Of a DNA stretch of 48,801 bases, positions 19,751-29,742 are shown one piece after another (positions within the stretch are counted from its first letter, which is position 1; each line of letters opens with the position of its first letter). The notes beneath the pieces are model-generated. The model searched no databases and was not told the origin of the DNA. It was given only the letters and a program-made list of their open reading frames with translations. The DNA comes from Desulfurococcaceae archaeon (GTDB lineage: Archaea > Thermoproteota > Thermoprotei_A > Sulfolobales > Desulfurococcaceae): NCBI GenBank assembly GCA_038888155.1, contig JAWAJB010000006.1:1-48801 (forward strand). The letters run 5' to 3'. The position numbers and the translations under genes were made by a program.

Positions 19751-20613
19751 TTTTTTCTTTGGCTTCTTCATAGAGAGGTGCTAATAGTACTACTGCTGTC
19801 CTTGAGCAGCTCAGTGACATCAGCTTATTGCTAGTAGTAGGATTTTTTACGAGGACTAAAAAATTTACGGACTTTAACTTTTTATATTATACTCATTTTC
19901 TGATCTCGTTAAGTTCTGTGAAGTCTGTGTTGCTAAAAATTGTCATCACTGTATTGCCTTGAGAAATGTTCTAAGCTATTACCCTTGTAGTTGCACACTT
20001 TTCGGGCTAGCTCTACTTTTTATTAATAGTGTAACGAGTTATGCTTTTTCACGAGTTTACTTTTGTTGACACTGGCGCTCTTTGGTCTGGGGTACGGACG
20101 GCCCTTGGAATAAAAGCTGTATCAAACAGCTAGCTTCATTGGTCACACGTCTCGAGGCTCAATCCTTAGTGAAAAGATGTTTACAAGTGTGTTACTAGGC
20201 TACGCTTATAGCCCAGCGCTCAACTAGCCAGCAGACTAAATATCTTGAGGTGAAAACGAGAATCAGAGAAGCTCGACAATGCTTATAACCGCGAGATACC
20301 TGCTTGAACGGTTCGTTCTAGTTGAAAGCTTGAAATTTTTACTTTGGGCTAGATATTGTGTGTTGGGTGGAGCCTCTAGCTTGACTCTCTTTGCATAGCG
20401 CAATTAACAATGACTTTCAAAATCAAGTAGCGGGGTGTTCGATTCTTTCCTGAGATCTCTACCTGCATCTTTCTTAGCTCTATATAACTTTTAATGCCTT
20501 TTGGAGTACAAATGGATTTAATTGCAACAAGGGTTATTTTTCACAATTTAATTTTTTACCTGAAAAGCCTCGTGGCAAAGCACATGCTCCTCGTGGAAAT
20601 GTCAATAGAGATA

Positions 20614-21324
20614 TTAAAAGGGGAGAAGGCCAGCAACACCCAAGGCGGCAGTTACAGCGTAAAGCGCTATATCTCCTCTCTTGAATAGAGTTAGCCTTGA
20701 TGACGGCATAGACATAGAACCGTAGAGTAGGTTAGCCTCATAGAGTCCTCTAGCTGTATACAGCGAAAGAAGAGTTAGCGGCACCACTACCTTGTAGAGC
20801 TTCTTTCCCTTGTACTTTAGCCTGATTGTAATGAACGACTCTGAGACGTAATTTAAAACCAAAGGTATGTGAGCTATGACAACAGATAATATCAAAGCCT
20901 GTGAGCGAAAACCTAGCCTAGTGAGTAAATACTTCCACTCATTTAAGCTTATTAGCTGAAAGAATAGAGAGAAAGATAAGAAAAAGGCGACTAACCTTAA
21001 GGCTCCTAGAGGTACTACATAGGGGTCTGGTGCCAGCAGCCCAACCAACCTACTAGCGTAGAGCACCAGTGCTCCTGCTAATGTGAACAGAAACAAGAGC
21101 TTGACTCCCGAGAGGATAGCTCTTAGACCTCTGATCTTAGATAAAATTGCGATAACCAATGTGAGGGCAATTGTAATTCTTGCGATCTCTACCTCGAGCA
21201 CACCCCCCAGTCTACTGCAAGTGAGAAAGACCAAAATGAAAGCCGCCGTAAATAGCCTAGACAGGGTGCTGAACTGCTCGACCTTCTTGGATTGAACGAA
21301 CATATAGGATAGCTCTCTAAGCAA
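20614..21324 (-). CDS. ECF transporter T component (divergent)
   Basis: Hydrophobic, overlaps the ECF ATPase gene, last gene of an S-A-T operon. Confidence 0.65.
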   Translation of the reverse strand: MLRELSYMFVQSKKVEQFSTLSRLFTAAFILVFLTCSRLGGVLEVEIARITIALTLVIAILSKIRGLRAILSGVKLLFLFTLAGALVLYASRLVGLLAPDPYVVPLGALRLVAFFLSFSLFFQLISLNEWKYLLTRLGFRSQALILSVVIAHIPLVLNYVSESFITIRLKYKGKKLYKVVVPLTLLSLYTARGLYEANLLYGSMSMPSSRLTLFKRGDIALYAVTAALGVAGLLPF

Positions 21325-22744
21325 TGGCTACCACCTCGCTGTAGAGCTCAGAGGCGTTTATTAAGTCGTACCTGTGCTGGAGCTCTAAATTCCTAAGCGT
21401 TCCTCCCTCGAGCTTATACATCTTAGTCCACATTGATGATACAACTGCGTCGAGGCTACTTGATGCTACAACCACAGCTATTCCTAAGCTTGCAAGGCGA
21501 TTTAGGAGCAATAGCCTATCCCTGTAGGTAAGTCCTGAAAACGGCTCATCTAGTAGAAGGAGGCCAGCTCTAGTTAGAATCGCCAGCTCCACCGCTAGCT
21601 TAACCATTTGACCGTGGCTTAAGTTAAATACAGATTGTCCTAAGCTTAAGCCTATCTGCTTAGCTCTGAGAGTCCCCTCTTCAATGCAATCTTTCCCTAG
21701 CTTTCTAGCTTTGCAGAGCTCTTGAACCTCTTTCTCAACGGTCTCCTCGGTGTAGAATAGGATGGCGTTCTGAGGAATGTAGATAGCGTCTACATACCTC
21801 TCAACTCTCCCCCTCTTGGGCTTTAAGTATCCCGAGAGAACTTTAAGTAGCGTTGTTTTACCTGAGCCATTTAAACCGTAGATAAGCACGAGGTCCCCTT
21901 TCTCGATATCTAAGCTAACTTCTCTTAATACTGGCGCATCCTCGTAGCTGTAGTGTAGCTCTCTAACTCTTAAAGCTAAGCTACTATTTGGGCTAGTGTT
22001 CCTCTTAACGAGTGCATTCCTTGAAGTAACACCATCAGCTTGAGCTCTATTTAAAAGCAAGCTCGTTACATCTCTAAGTTCCCCACCTTTTAACAACATA
22101 ACCCTGTTGAAGTGCTTGTAAATAGGTAAGAACCTATGCTCAAAAACTAGCGCAGTTTTTCCCAGACCCTTGAGGAGCCTGAGAAGCTCTATGAAGTCTC
22201 CTACTCCTTGGTCGTCGAGCCACATGAGGGGCTCATCAAATGCAAAAACTATGGGATCCGCAACAAGGGACTTAGCTACTAATGCTCTTCTCGCTTCTCC
22301 GCCTGAGAGCTCAAAGCAATATTTGCTAAGCAGTTTGTGAACTCCTGTTGACTCGACAGCTCTACTTACAGCGCGTGCGGCTACCTCTTGATCTCCATGA
22401 ACTCTTTGGGCGTAGGATAAGAGATCCTGTTGCACTAAAGGTTCCGTGAAGTAAAGGTAGGGATTCTGCCCAATTACGTGCACGTACTTAAAGATCTCCT
22501 CAAGCTGAAGGCTCTCTAAGCTTTTACCTTCAATTATTACCTCCCCCCTTTGCTCGCCGCCGTAGACAGCCTGGCCAACCTTAGTTAATGCCCTGAGCAG
22601 AGTTGTTTTACCTGATCCTGTGTCGCCTATGATTAGGACTTGTTCGCCTGAATGGAGAGTTAAGTTCACCCCTCGGAGTATCCAATCGCCTATTGGGTAC
22701 CTAAACCAAAGGTTCTTTACATCGAGTGCTATCTCGGTAGTCAT
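21317..22744 (-). CDS. ECF transporter fused double ABC ATPase
   Basis: Two Walker A motifs (GDTGSGKT, GLNGSGKT), LSGGE/LSHGQ signatures, two DEP Walker B motifs. Confidence 0.9.
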   Translation of the reverse strand: MTTEIALDVKNLWFRYPIGDWILRGVNLTLHSGEQVLIIGDTGSGKTTLLRALTKVGQAVYGGEQRGEVIIEGKSLESLQLEEIFKYVHVIGQNPYLYFTEPLVQQDLLSYAQRVHGDQEVAARAVSRAVESTGVHKLLSKYCFELSGGEARRALVAKSLVADPIVFAFDEPLMWLDDQGVGDFIELLRLLKGLGKTALVFEHRFLPIYKHFNRVMLLKGGELRDVTSLLLNRAQADGVTSRNALVKRNTSPNSSLALRVRELHYSYEDAPVLREVSLDIEKGDLVLIYGLNGSGKTTLLKVLSGYLKPKRGRVERYVDAIYIPQNAILFYTEETVEKEVQELCKARKLGKDCIEEGTLRAKQIGLSLGQSVFNLSHGQMVKLAVELAILTRAGLLLLDEPFSGLTYRDRLLLLNRLASLGIAVVVASSSLDAVVSSMWTKMYKLEGGTLRNLELQHRYDLINASELYSEVVAIA

Positions 22745-23298
22745 TTCAGGAAGCCCGCCCTATTCAAAACTCTATAAACAACGACAGCAGTGGGCGATAC
22801 TATTATAGAAATAGATAGATTGAACAGCGCTATGTGAGGCATGTAGTACACTACAAAAGAGAGCGCTAGGCTCATATCTTTTGCCCACCCAGCCCACATA
22901 AGCCAGTACGGCGTTATGACATAGTTGGCTACGGCCATTGCAGCTACTCGCGCTAGGCCTGACAGCGCTGTTGCGAGAACTACTAGTAGGCTCTCTCCAA
23001 CTCTTCCTTTTAGCTTCGTTATGATCAAAGAAGTTGGAATAAAAGTTGACATTTCAGCAAGACATTTCATAGCCATTCCAATTGGATCCGATCCCATTAA
23101 GGTAGGAATAACGTAGTAAACTGGTAGAGCGCTAAAAGCTGCTCGAAGCGATATTAAGGCAATAATTGTCAAGGGGACACCAGATACATCGTACTTCAAG
23201 AAGGGCGCTATTGGGTATGGGAACTCGTAAAACCTCAAGATCACTGCAATAGCTGTAAGAGCTGAAACCATGTACGTGTTGAGTGAGGGCTTAACCAT
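22741..23298 (-). CDS. ECF transporter S component (RibU-like; substrate uncertain)
   Basis: EFPYPIAPFLKYDVSGVP, ANYVITP and FNL motifs typical of RibU-type S components. Confidence 0.8.
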   Translation of the reverse strand: MVKPSLNTYMVSALTAIAVILRFYEFPYPIAPFLKYDVSGVPLTIIALISLRAAFSALPVYYVIPTLMGSDPIGMAMKCLAEMSTFIPTSLIITKLKGRVGESLLVVLATALSGLARVAAMAVANYVITPYWLMWAGWAKDMSLALSFVVYYMPHIALFNLSISIIVSPTAVVVYRVLNRAGFLK

Positions 23299-23754
23299 CT
23301 ATATAGGCACCCCTCACACTATAGGGAGAAGGGGATTTTAAAGCTAGTAGGGACGTAAAGGTTATTAAACCCATTTTCAACAGAACATTGCTCTGCATTC
23401 AAGTGCAAAGGGCTTTTAACGCATATTGCTCATTGCGATTACCTCGGAACACGAAACTCTATTCCCGTAATGTGATGACGCTCACCCTTAGAAAACTTAA
23501 GGGGGAATTTAACGAGCGTCATTCAAAAAGGTCAACCAATTGTTTGTGATACAACGGCATTTCAAGGTGTTCTCTGAAATAAGCTGTAATATTACTATCT
23601 AAGCTGAGTGTAGTAGCTTGCTTTTTGTTAATGCCTTTAAGCATCGAAGTTATGATAATCGCAGGCTAACTACTTAGGGGAGACCTGTACAGCTGAAGCT
23701 TAACATAGCTACTCTTAATAAGGGCTACGCGTGCTAGAGATGTACTTAGGTGAA

Positions 23755-24746
23755 ATGTTAATGAGAGAGGGCTTTAATGCAAAGGGCTCTTTAGCTTTTT
23801 TCTGGGGTTAATTACTGGCACTGCAGCTGGACTGATAGGTGTTGGTGGAGGAGAATTTAGGATCCCAGTTCTGCTCCGCGTAATTGATCTCCCAGCAGTT
23901 AAGGCAGTAGCAGTCAACTCGCTAGTGGGGCTACTTGTAGTTGTTGTATCGTTCCTCAGGCGTCTCCAGCTGGGGTTGCTGAATAGCTACTACTTTAACA
24001 CGGCCTTTACCATGTCGATTTCCTCGATCGCCGGATCTTACCTAGGGGCGCATCTTACAGATCGGATCCCAGAAAAAGAGCTGAAGAGCGTTCTCGCAGT
24101 ATATCTCGTGGTTGTTGGCTTGAAGATTATCACCGAGCCTTTCTTTGAGGCTTCACTCTCCCTTACCTTTGCTAAAGACTTTGTAAAGGAGACAGTATTG
24201 GCCGCGCTGATAGGCTTAGCAATAGGCATCATATCTGGGCACTTTGGAGTTGCGGGAGGGGAGTTTCGTATCCCCGCTTTAGTATACATTTTCGGTCTTG
24301 ATATAGTTGACGCCGGAACTGTTAGTCTACTCGTATCTATTCCAACCGTTGGTTCAAGCTTTCTAAAGCACTTCAAGATGGGACACATGGATGAGAGAGC
24401 AAAAAACATTGCTACTGCAATGGGGATCGGCTCGATTATAGGGGCCCTAGCTGGAGCTTCTCACGTTCTCGCTGTAGATAAAGAAGCACTAAAGATAATT
24501 CTTGGAATTATTCTCTTGCTATCTGCTACAGGAATAGCTTCTAAGTCGTTCCGAAGCCTTAAGCCATACAGCGAAGATAAGAAATCCAATAGCACTAGCC
24601 AAAGAGCTTCACGATCTGTTGTTCCCAGTGTTTTTAATTTGTGTGCACAATTAACGCGCTTTTTGAAGTTAAAAGCTAGTGAATTCGTGAAATTGTACGC
24701 CTCAAGTGTACTTATGTACTATGTGAGCACACGTTCACGGCATTAG
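23755..24746 (+). pseudogene. TauE/SafE family exporter with 5' -1 frameshift
   Basis: RBS AGGTGA, then ATG at 23755/23761 reads MLMREGFNAKGSLAFFWG*. The -1 frame continues LITGTAAGLIGVGGGEFRIP into the 23925 ORF, which repeats GVAGGEFRIP. The shift lies in a T6 run at 23796-23801. Confidence 0.7.
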
Positions 24747-24871
24747 TAGTCCTAAACAGTGCTCAGGGCTTAACCCAATATTATCTCCATAGAAATTATA
24801 TAAGGGGGTTTAAATGTTATGAATGCATTAAGTTACACTAAGGACTTAAACGTAGCGCTATAGGGATTGAG

Positions 24872-26128
24872 ATGACCAATAGAGCGACTTTCAGCACAAG
24901 CAGAGCTATAAAATTGTGGCTTGGAGAGACTTCGACGTATAACTTCTCTGTTAACTTATCCATGGGTCTATCTAGTGCTTTCTTAATCAAGCTCCTAGGG
25001 TACGGTCCAGCTGAACTGGGCTTCATAACCTCTATAAGGATGCTCGCAATAGCTATAAGCATGTTTCCGGCTGCTGTACTCGTTGAGGGGTTGAGGGAGA
25101 AGAGGAAAACTACATGGCTGATCTCAGGGGCTATTAGCAGGATTGGTTGGTGCTTAATCCCAATATCGCTTCTCTTCCCCAAGCCTTTTAATCTCGTATA
25201 CTTGAGCGCCCTAGTGTTTACAGCTCAATTCGCTAGTGGTATATGTAGCGTTGCATCTCTAGACGTAGTAGGGGACCTTATCCCTGGCACTACAGCCACA
25301 GAAGTCTTCAGCAGAGCTAGTAGGTACACGTACTTGTCTACTGCTGTGTCGCAACTTGCTGGGCTAGCTGCGTTTATTGCACCAATAGACACACTTCTAG
25401 GTTATGTAATTGCATACATAGTTGCGCTAGCATTTGCTACTGTGTCAACATTTCTCCTCTACCTTATCCCAGACCCCGGTAAAGCTGAAAAGCTCGAGGA
25501 AGAGGGGAACTTATTTAAGCGCAGCATTAGAGTAGTCGCAAGCGACCCTAAGCTAAGGAAGTACCTCCTAGTAATTTCAATGTTTAACTTCGCAGTCGGC
25601 ATTCCTGCTCCATTCTGGGACTACTTGGTAATGAGCGTTACTGGCGGTAGGGAGCTCTTCATCCCGTTGAAAAACATGGCTAATTTGTTTGTTAAAGTAG
25701 CCTGCGTTAAATGGTGGAAGAGCAATGCTGAGAGGCGCGGCCTGAGGAAAGTTCTCGTTAGGGGCATGGCATTTACCTCGCTCGTCCCCCTACTCTACGC
25801 AGAGGCCTCTACTGGCACTGAAGTTATATTCGCAGAGGCAGTGAGCGGGTTTGTTTGGACGCCAGTAGACTTAGGGACATCTATATACAATGTTTACTTA
25901 CCGCCCAGCACTACGAGACCTGTTTACATATCTGCAGTTAACCTCTTCGTTAACAGCGCTTTTTCCGTTGCTACAACTGTGGGCACTATTGTTGCTGTAT
26001 CAACTGGGAGCGTGTTTCCCACGCTGATGATCTCAGCTATGCTAAGAGGACTCACCGCTGCAATAGCTCACAAGTCTCTGCCAGAAGTTGAGGATAGCCC
26101 TAGTTTTGTGCAGCCCAAGGGCTCATAA
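24872..26128 (+). CDS. MFS transporter
   Basis: About 12 TM in two halves, AERRGLRKV loop, central hydrophilic loop. Confidence 0.85.
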   Translation: MTNRATFSTSRAIKLWLGETSTYNFSVNLSMGLSSAFLIKLLGYGPAELGFITSIRMLAIAISMFPAAVLVEGLREKRKTTWLISGAISRIGWCLIPISLLFPKPFNLVYLSALVFTAQFASGICSVASLDVVGDLIPGTTATEVFSRASRYTYLSTAVSQLAGLAAFIAPIDTLLGYVIAYIVALAFATVSTFLLYLIPDPGKAEKLEEEGNLFKRSIRVVASDPKLRKYLLVISMFNFAVGIPAPFWDYLVMSVTGGRELFIPLKNMANLFVKVACVKWWKSNAERRGLRKVLVRGMAFTSLVPLLYAEASTGTEVIFAEAVSGFVWTPVDLGTSIYNVYLPPSTTRPVYISAVNLFVNSAFSVATTVGTIVAVSTGSVFPTLMISAMLRGLTAAIAHKSLPEVEDSPSFVQPKGS

Positions 26129-26223
26129 TAATTGTAGCTCAAATTCCAGCAAGAGCTGCTTTAACACGTCCTCTCTTTAGAAAAACGCTTAAAATTGCAA
26201 GTATTGTTAGTTTCAACTTGTAG

Positions 26224-27351
26224 GTGAATTGCTTGATTAATGTAGATCCAAATAGCAGTAGCCCACTCGATGAGCTAGTATGGGTAGCAATACACGGTAG
26301 AGGCGTTTGGCACACAGGAGTGGCATCGACTCTTGCTAGAGCACTGTCAATGGCTGGAATCATATCCGGTCGAGATAGTTATTACTATATTAGGTACGAT
26401 GACTCACCTGAAAGAGTAAACACCCCGATGATCTGGTACGTTGTTATGGGAAACCCTAAAGTGAGCGTGCTACTGCCAGAGGAGCCTGAGCCCGTGGGTG
26501 AGTTGTTTAACGCAGTAGTTATTATGGACTCTACAATGTTGCTTAAGGAGACATCACAGAGGGCATCTATACTGGATGGGCTGAAAAATGGGGGGGTAAT
26601 TGCCGTGAACACAGGACTAAGTCCCTCACAAGTGATCTACCTAATTAAAAAGTACCAGCTCACTCGATCGTGGTCAGGAAAACTAGTCGTTGTAAAGGCC
26701 AGTGAGTATCATGAAAACATAGCATTTGGACTCCTGGGGGCTTTACTTAAGGCGTTAAGCGCGGTAGACCTAGATACTGCGTTAACTGCTCTAGATGCGC
26801 TAGGAATAGATGGAAAGGCTAAGGACGCTGCCCAGCTTGCATATAGTGAAGCCTCTGCAACTCCTGTGGAGCTCAATATCGAGGAGCCTTCCCACGAAGA
26901 GAGAGCCGAGGCGCTTGAAATTAAACCTGGCGGTTGGGACATCAGAACTTATAGGAGGTACCAGAAAGCCTTTTCGGAGGCAAGAGGGTACGAAAAAAGG
27001 ATAAAAGCTCTCCCTAGGTGGGAAGCCTTGGCGCCTGGGTTGATAGAGTTCGGCCCGGCGCCGGGAGAGAGGAATATAGGCTTCAAGACAGCTTTCTCGA
27101 GGTTTCAAGCACCCGTTATAGACAAAAGCAAGTGCATTAACTGCAAGTTGTGCCACCTCTACTGCCCAGACGGCAGCGTGGACTTTGAAACTATATCTAT
27201 TGACTACAACTACTGCACAGGTTGCGGTATTTGCACTAGAGTTTGCCCAGCTAGAGCTATAAAGCTAGTAAGCGAGCTCGAAAGGCTAGAGGGGTTTAAA
27301 GACCCCGAAGTCGAGAGACTAACCCTAACGGTGAGGGAATATGGATTTTAG
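26224..27351 (+). CDS. 2-oxoacid:ferredoxin oxidoreductase gamma subunit fused to a 2[4Fe-4S] ferredoxin (OOR delta-like)
   Basis: HGRG, YDDSPER, VIAVNT; C-terminal CINCKLCHLYCP and CTGCGICTRVCP. Start may be TTG 26233. Confidence 0.88.
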   Translation: MNCLINVDPNSSSPLDELVWVAIHGRGVWHTGVASTLARALSMAGIISGRDSYYYIRYDDSPERVNTPMIWYVVMGNPKVSVLLPEEPEPVGELFNAVVIMDSTMLLKETSQRASILDGLKNGGVIAVNTGLSPSQVIYLIKKYQLTRSWSGKLVVVKASEYHENIAFGLLGALLKALSAVDLDTALTALDALGIDGKAKDAAQLAYSEASATPVELNIEEPSHEERAEALEIKPGGWDIRTYRRYQKAFSEARGYEKRIKALPRWEALAPGLIEFGPAPGERNIGFKTAFSRFQAPVIDKSKCINCKLCHLYCPDGSVDFETISIDYNYCTGCGICTRVCPARAIKLVSELERLEGFKDPEVERLTLTVREYGF

Positions 27352-27387
27352 CTTCCTACCTGATTTGATTAGAGGTGAGATCTAGAC

Positions 27388-28632
27388 ATGAGTAGTGAGC
27401 TTATAACAACAAAGCCATTAAGGCTTGTAGGAGTGCCAAAAAAGAAGCCAATAACAGGGGCTAGAGCTATAGCAGAGGCAGTAAAGCTAGCAGATGTAGA
27501 CGTCATAGTTGCGTACCCAATAAGGCCGTACACTGGTATAATGAACGCGTTAGCTGAAATGATATCTCAGGGGGAGTTTTTGGCCGAGCTAATTTTAGCG
27601 GACTCTGAGCACAGCCAGTTCGAGGTCGCCAAGCACTCTTCATCCGTTGGCGCTAGAGTATTTGTTGGGAGCTCTGGAGTTGGAGTAATATACGCTGCAG
27701 AACCCATTGTAGTAACGCCTATGAATAGGCTACCAGTTGTTGCTATAGTTGGGTGCAGAGCTCTAGATGACCCAGGCAATTTCGGCATGGAGTGGAACGA
27801 CGCGCTAGCCTTCAGGGATACTGGGTGGCTTATATCTTGGGCAAAGGATCCCCAAGAAGCACTTGACATGACCCTAGTTGCGTACAGGGTAGCAGAGGAT
27901 CACAGGGTGTTGCTTCCGCACTTTATAGCCTTAGATGGAGCCACTATAACTCACATAGCAGCCCCTGTCGAAGTGCCAGCTAAGAAGAGCGTTGAGGACT
28001 TCTTACCTCCATATAAGAATCCATATCCTCTTGACCCAGCCCTAGGCCCTATAACGAAGGCTCAACACATAGCTCCCTCTCTAATAGGCCCAGAGCTACG
28101 CAAGCCAGTTGAAGTGGCTATGAAAAGGAGCGAAGAGGTAATAGTAGAGGCTTGGAGAGACTACGCCAACTACGTTGGAAGGGAATACCCGCCTCTTATT
28201 GAGACGTGGAAAATAGCCGACGCTGAAATAGCCTTAGTTACCATGGGAGCTTACACAGTTAACGCAATTTACGCCGCAGAGCTTGCTAGGAGAGAAGGCA
28301 TTAGGGTCGGTGTTGCTCGTCTGAGGTACTTTAGGCCATTCCCGTACGTTGAGTTGAGAAAAGCCCTCAGCGAGGTCAAAGGCTACGGTGTAATTGAGTT
28401 CTCTTACTCCTTTGGATCGCCATACAGCGGAGGTGTGCTATTTAACGAAGTCAAGGCATCAATGTACGAGACACCTAAGCCAGCTCTAGACTTCTTGTTT
28501 CTTGGCGGTAGGGAGCCAAAGGTGGACAACATCTTAAGGGCCATTAAGTTGCTGAACGAGTACGTTAAAACTGGAAAGACACCAAGCGACAAGCGAGTGT
28601 TCTGGCCTACTCTAAGAGGTGAAGACCTATGA
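27388..28632 (+). CDS. OFOR alpha subunit, oxalate-oxidoreductase-like
   Basis: AYPIRPYTGIM (Arg in place of the usual YPITP Thr), SEH, GSSGVG, RALDDPGNFG, FRPFP. Confidence 0.9.
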   Translation: MSSELITTKPLRLVGVPKKKPITGARAIAEAVKLADVDVIVAYPIRPYTGIMNALAEMISQGEFLAELILADSEHSQFEVAKHSSSVGARVFVGSSGVGVIYAAEPIVVTPMNRLPVVAIVGCRALDDPGNFGMEWNDALAFRDTGWLISWAKDPQEALDMTLVAYRVAEDHRVLLPHFIALDGATITHIAAPVEVPAKKSVEDFLPPYKNPYPLDPALGPITKAQHIAPSLIGPELRKPVEVAMKRSEEVIVEAWRDYANYVGREYPPLIETWKIADAEIALVTMGAYTVNAIYAAELARREGIRVGVARLRYFRPFPYVELRKALSEVKGYGVIEFSYSFGSPYSGGVLFNEVKASMYETPKPALDFLFLGGREPKVDNILRAIKLLNEYVKTGKTPSDKRVFWPTLRGEDL

Positions 28633-29633
28633 GCGCACCGCTTAAACCCATAACAAGCGTGAAGGAAATGCCTGGAGTAGACTACTACACGTCGGGCCAC
28701 AGGACTTGTGCTGGATGCGGGGCAGCGCTGGCGTATAGAATGGTCTTAAAAGCAGCTGGCCCCAACACGGTTGTCCTCGGACCCACCGGGTGCATGTACG
28801 TTGCCAACTCCCACCAGTTCCTTACATCTCCATACGCAGTACCTTGGTTCCACACGCAACTCGGCGGAGGCGGAGCAGCTGGGATAGGCACTGCAGCTGG
28901 GTTCAGGGCGCTCATTAAGAAGGGCAAGAGGAAGGCTGAGCCAATAAACGTTGTAGTTTATGGAGGCGACGGGGGCTTTGCGGATATAGGGCTATCTGGT
29001 CTGTCGATGGGGTTGTCATATGACTATGAAAGGTTAGCTTACATACTATACGACAACGAGGCATACGCTAACACGGGGATACAGGCCTCAAGTACTACAC
29101 CTTGGGGCGCTACAACCACGTTCACTCCTTCTGGCAGAGTTAAGAGGATAGGCAACGAAAGGCTAAAGAAGAATCTAGCTTTAGTCGTGGCATCACACCC
29201 CGGTATAAAATATGTTGCTACTGCAACGCTTTGGCCTCCTTTAGACTTAGTCAACAAAGTTCGCAAGGCACTGGAGTGCGGAGGACCTGCGTTTCTCAGC
29301 ATATTAGTGCCCTGTCCAAAAGGTTGGTTTACCCCGCCTCAGCTGACAGTAGATCTCTCGAGGCTTGCAGTAGAAACAGGGATGTGGATTCTCTGGGAAT
29401 ATGAAAGCGGTAAATTTAAGCTAACGCACAAGCCCTCACCTAGAAAGCACGTTAAGGAGTACCTAAAGATCCAAGGCAGGTTCTCTCATCTAACTGACGT
29501 TGAAATAGAGCTCATAGAGGAGAGCACGAAGAAAGAATGGGATGCCTGGCTAGAGGCAGATAAGCAGGGCAAATTAGTGTTGCCGTGGATTAGTCCAGCT
29601 ATTGATCAGCTCAGAGGTAGCTTGACTGAATAG
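28629..29633 (+). CDS. OFOR beta subunit (TPP and Fe-S binding), oxalate-oxidoreductase-like
   Basis: GHRTCAGCG, GPTGCMYVAN, GDGG...YDNEAYANTGIQ, PCPKGW. Confidence 0.9.
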   Translation: MSAPLKPITSVKEMPGVDYYTSGHRTCAGCGAALAYRMVLKAAGPNTVVLGPTGCMYVANSHQFLTSPYAVPWFHTQLGGGGAAGIGTAAGFRALIKKGKRKAEPINVVVYGGDGGFADIGLSGLSMGLSYDYERLAYILYDNEAYANTGIQASSTTPWGATTTFTPSGRVKRIGNERLKKNLALVVASHPGIKYVATATLWPPLDLVNKVRKALECGGPAFLSILVPCPKGWFTPPQLTVDLSRLAVETGMWILWEYESGKFKLTHKPSPRKHVKEYLKIQGRFSHLTDVEIELIEESTKKEWDAWLEADKQGKLVLPWISPAIDQLRGSLTE

Positions 29634-29742
29634 ATTTTAATCCTTTTTAACACCTTAAGCCAACGAGGTTGAATTTTACTATAAAAACTAAAAACTTTAA
29701 TTTAAGAGCTTTCACTATATGTAACTGTGTGGGTTAATTACT

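Noticed and set aside
23299-23460. Riboswitch upstream of the ECF S component
   Set aside because: A TATA-like element lies about 40 bp from the start codon, leaving no room, and no FMN or TPP consensus is visible.
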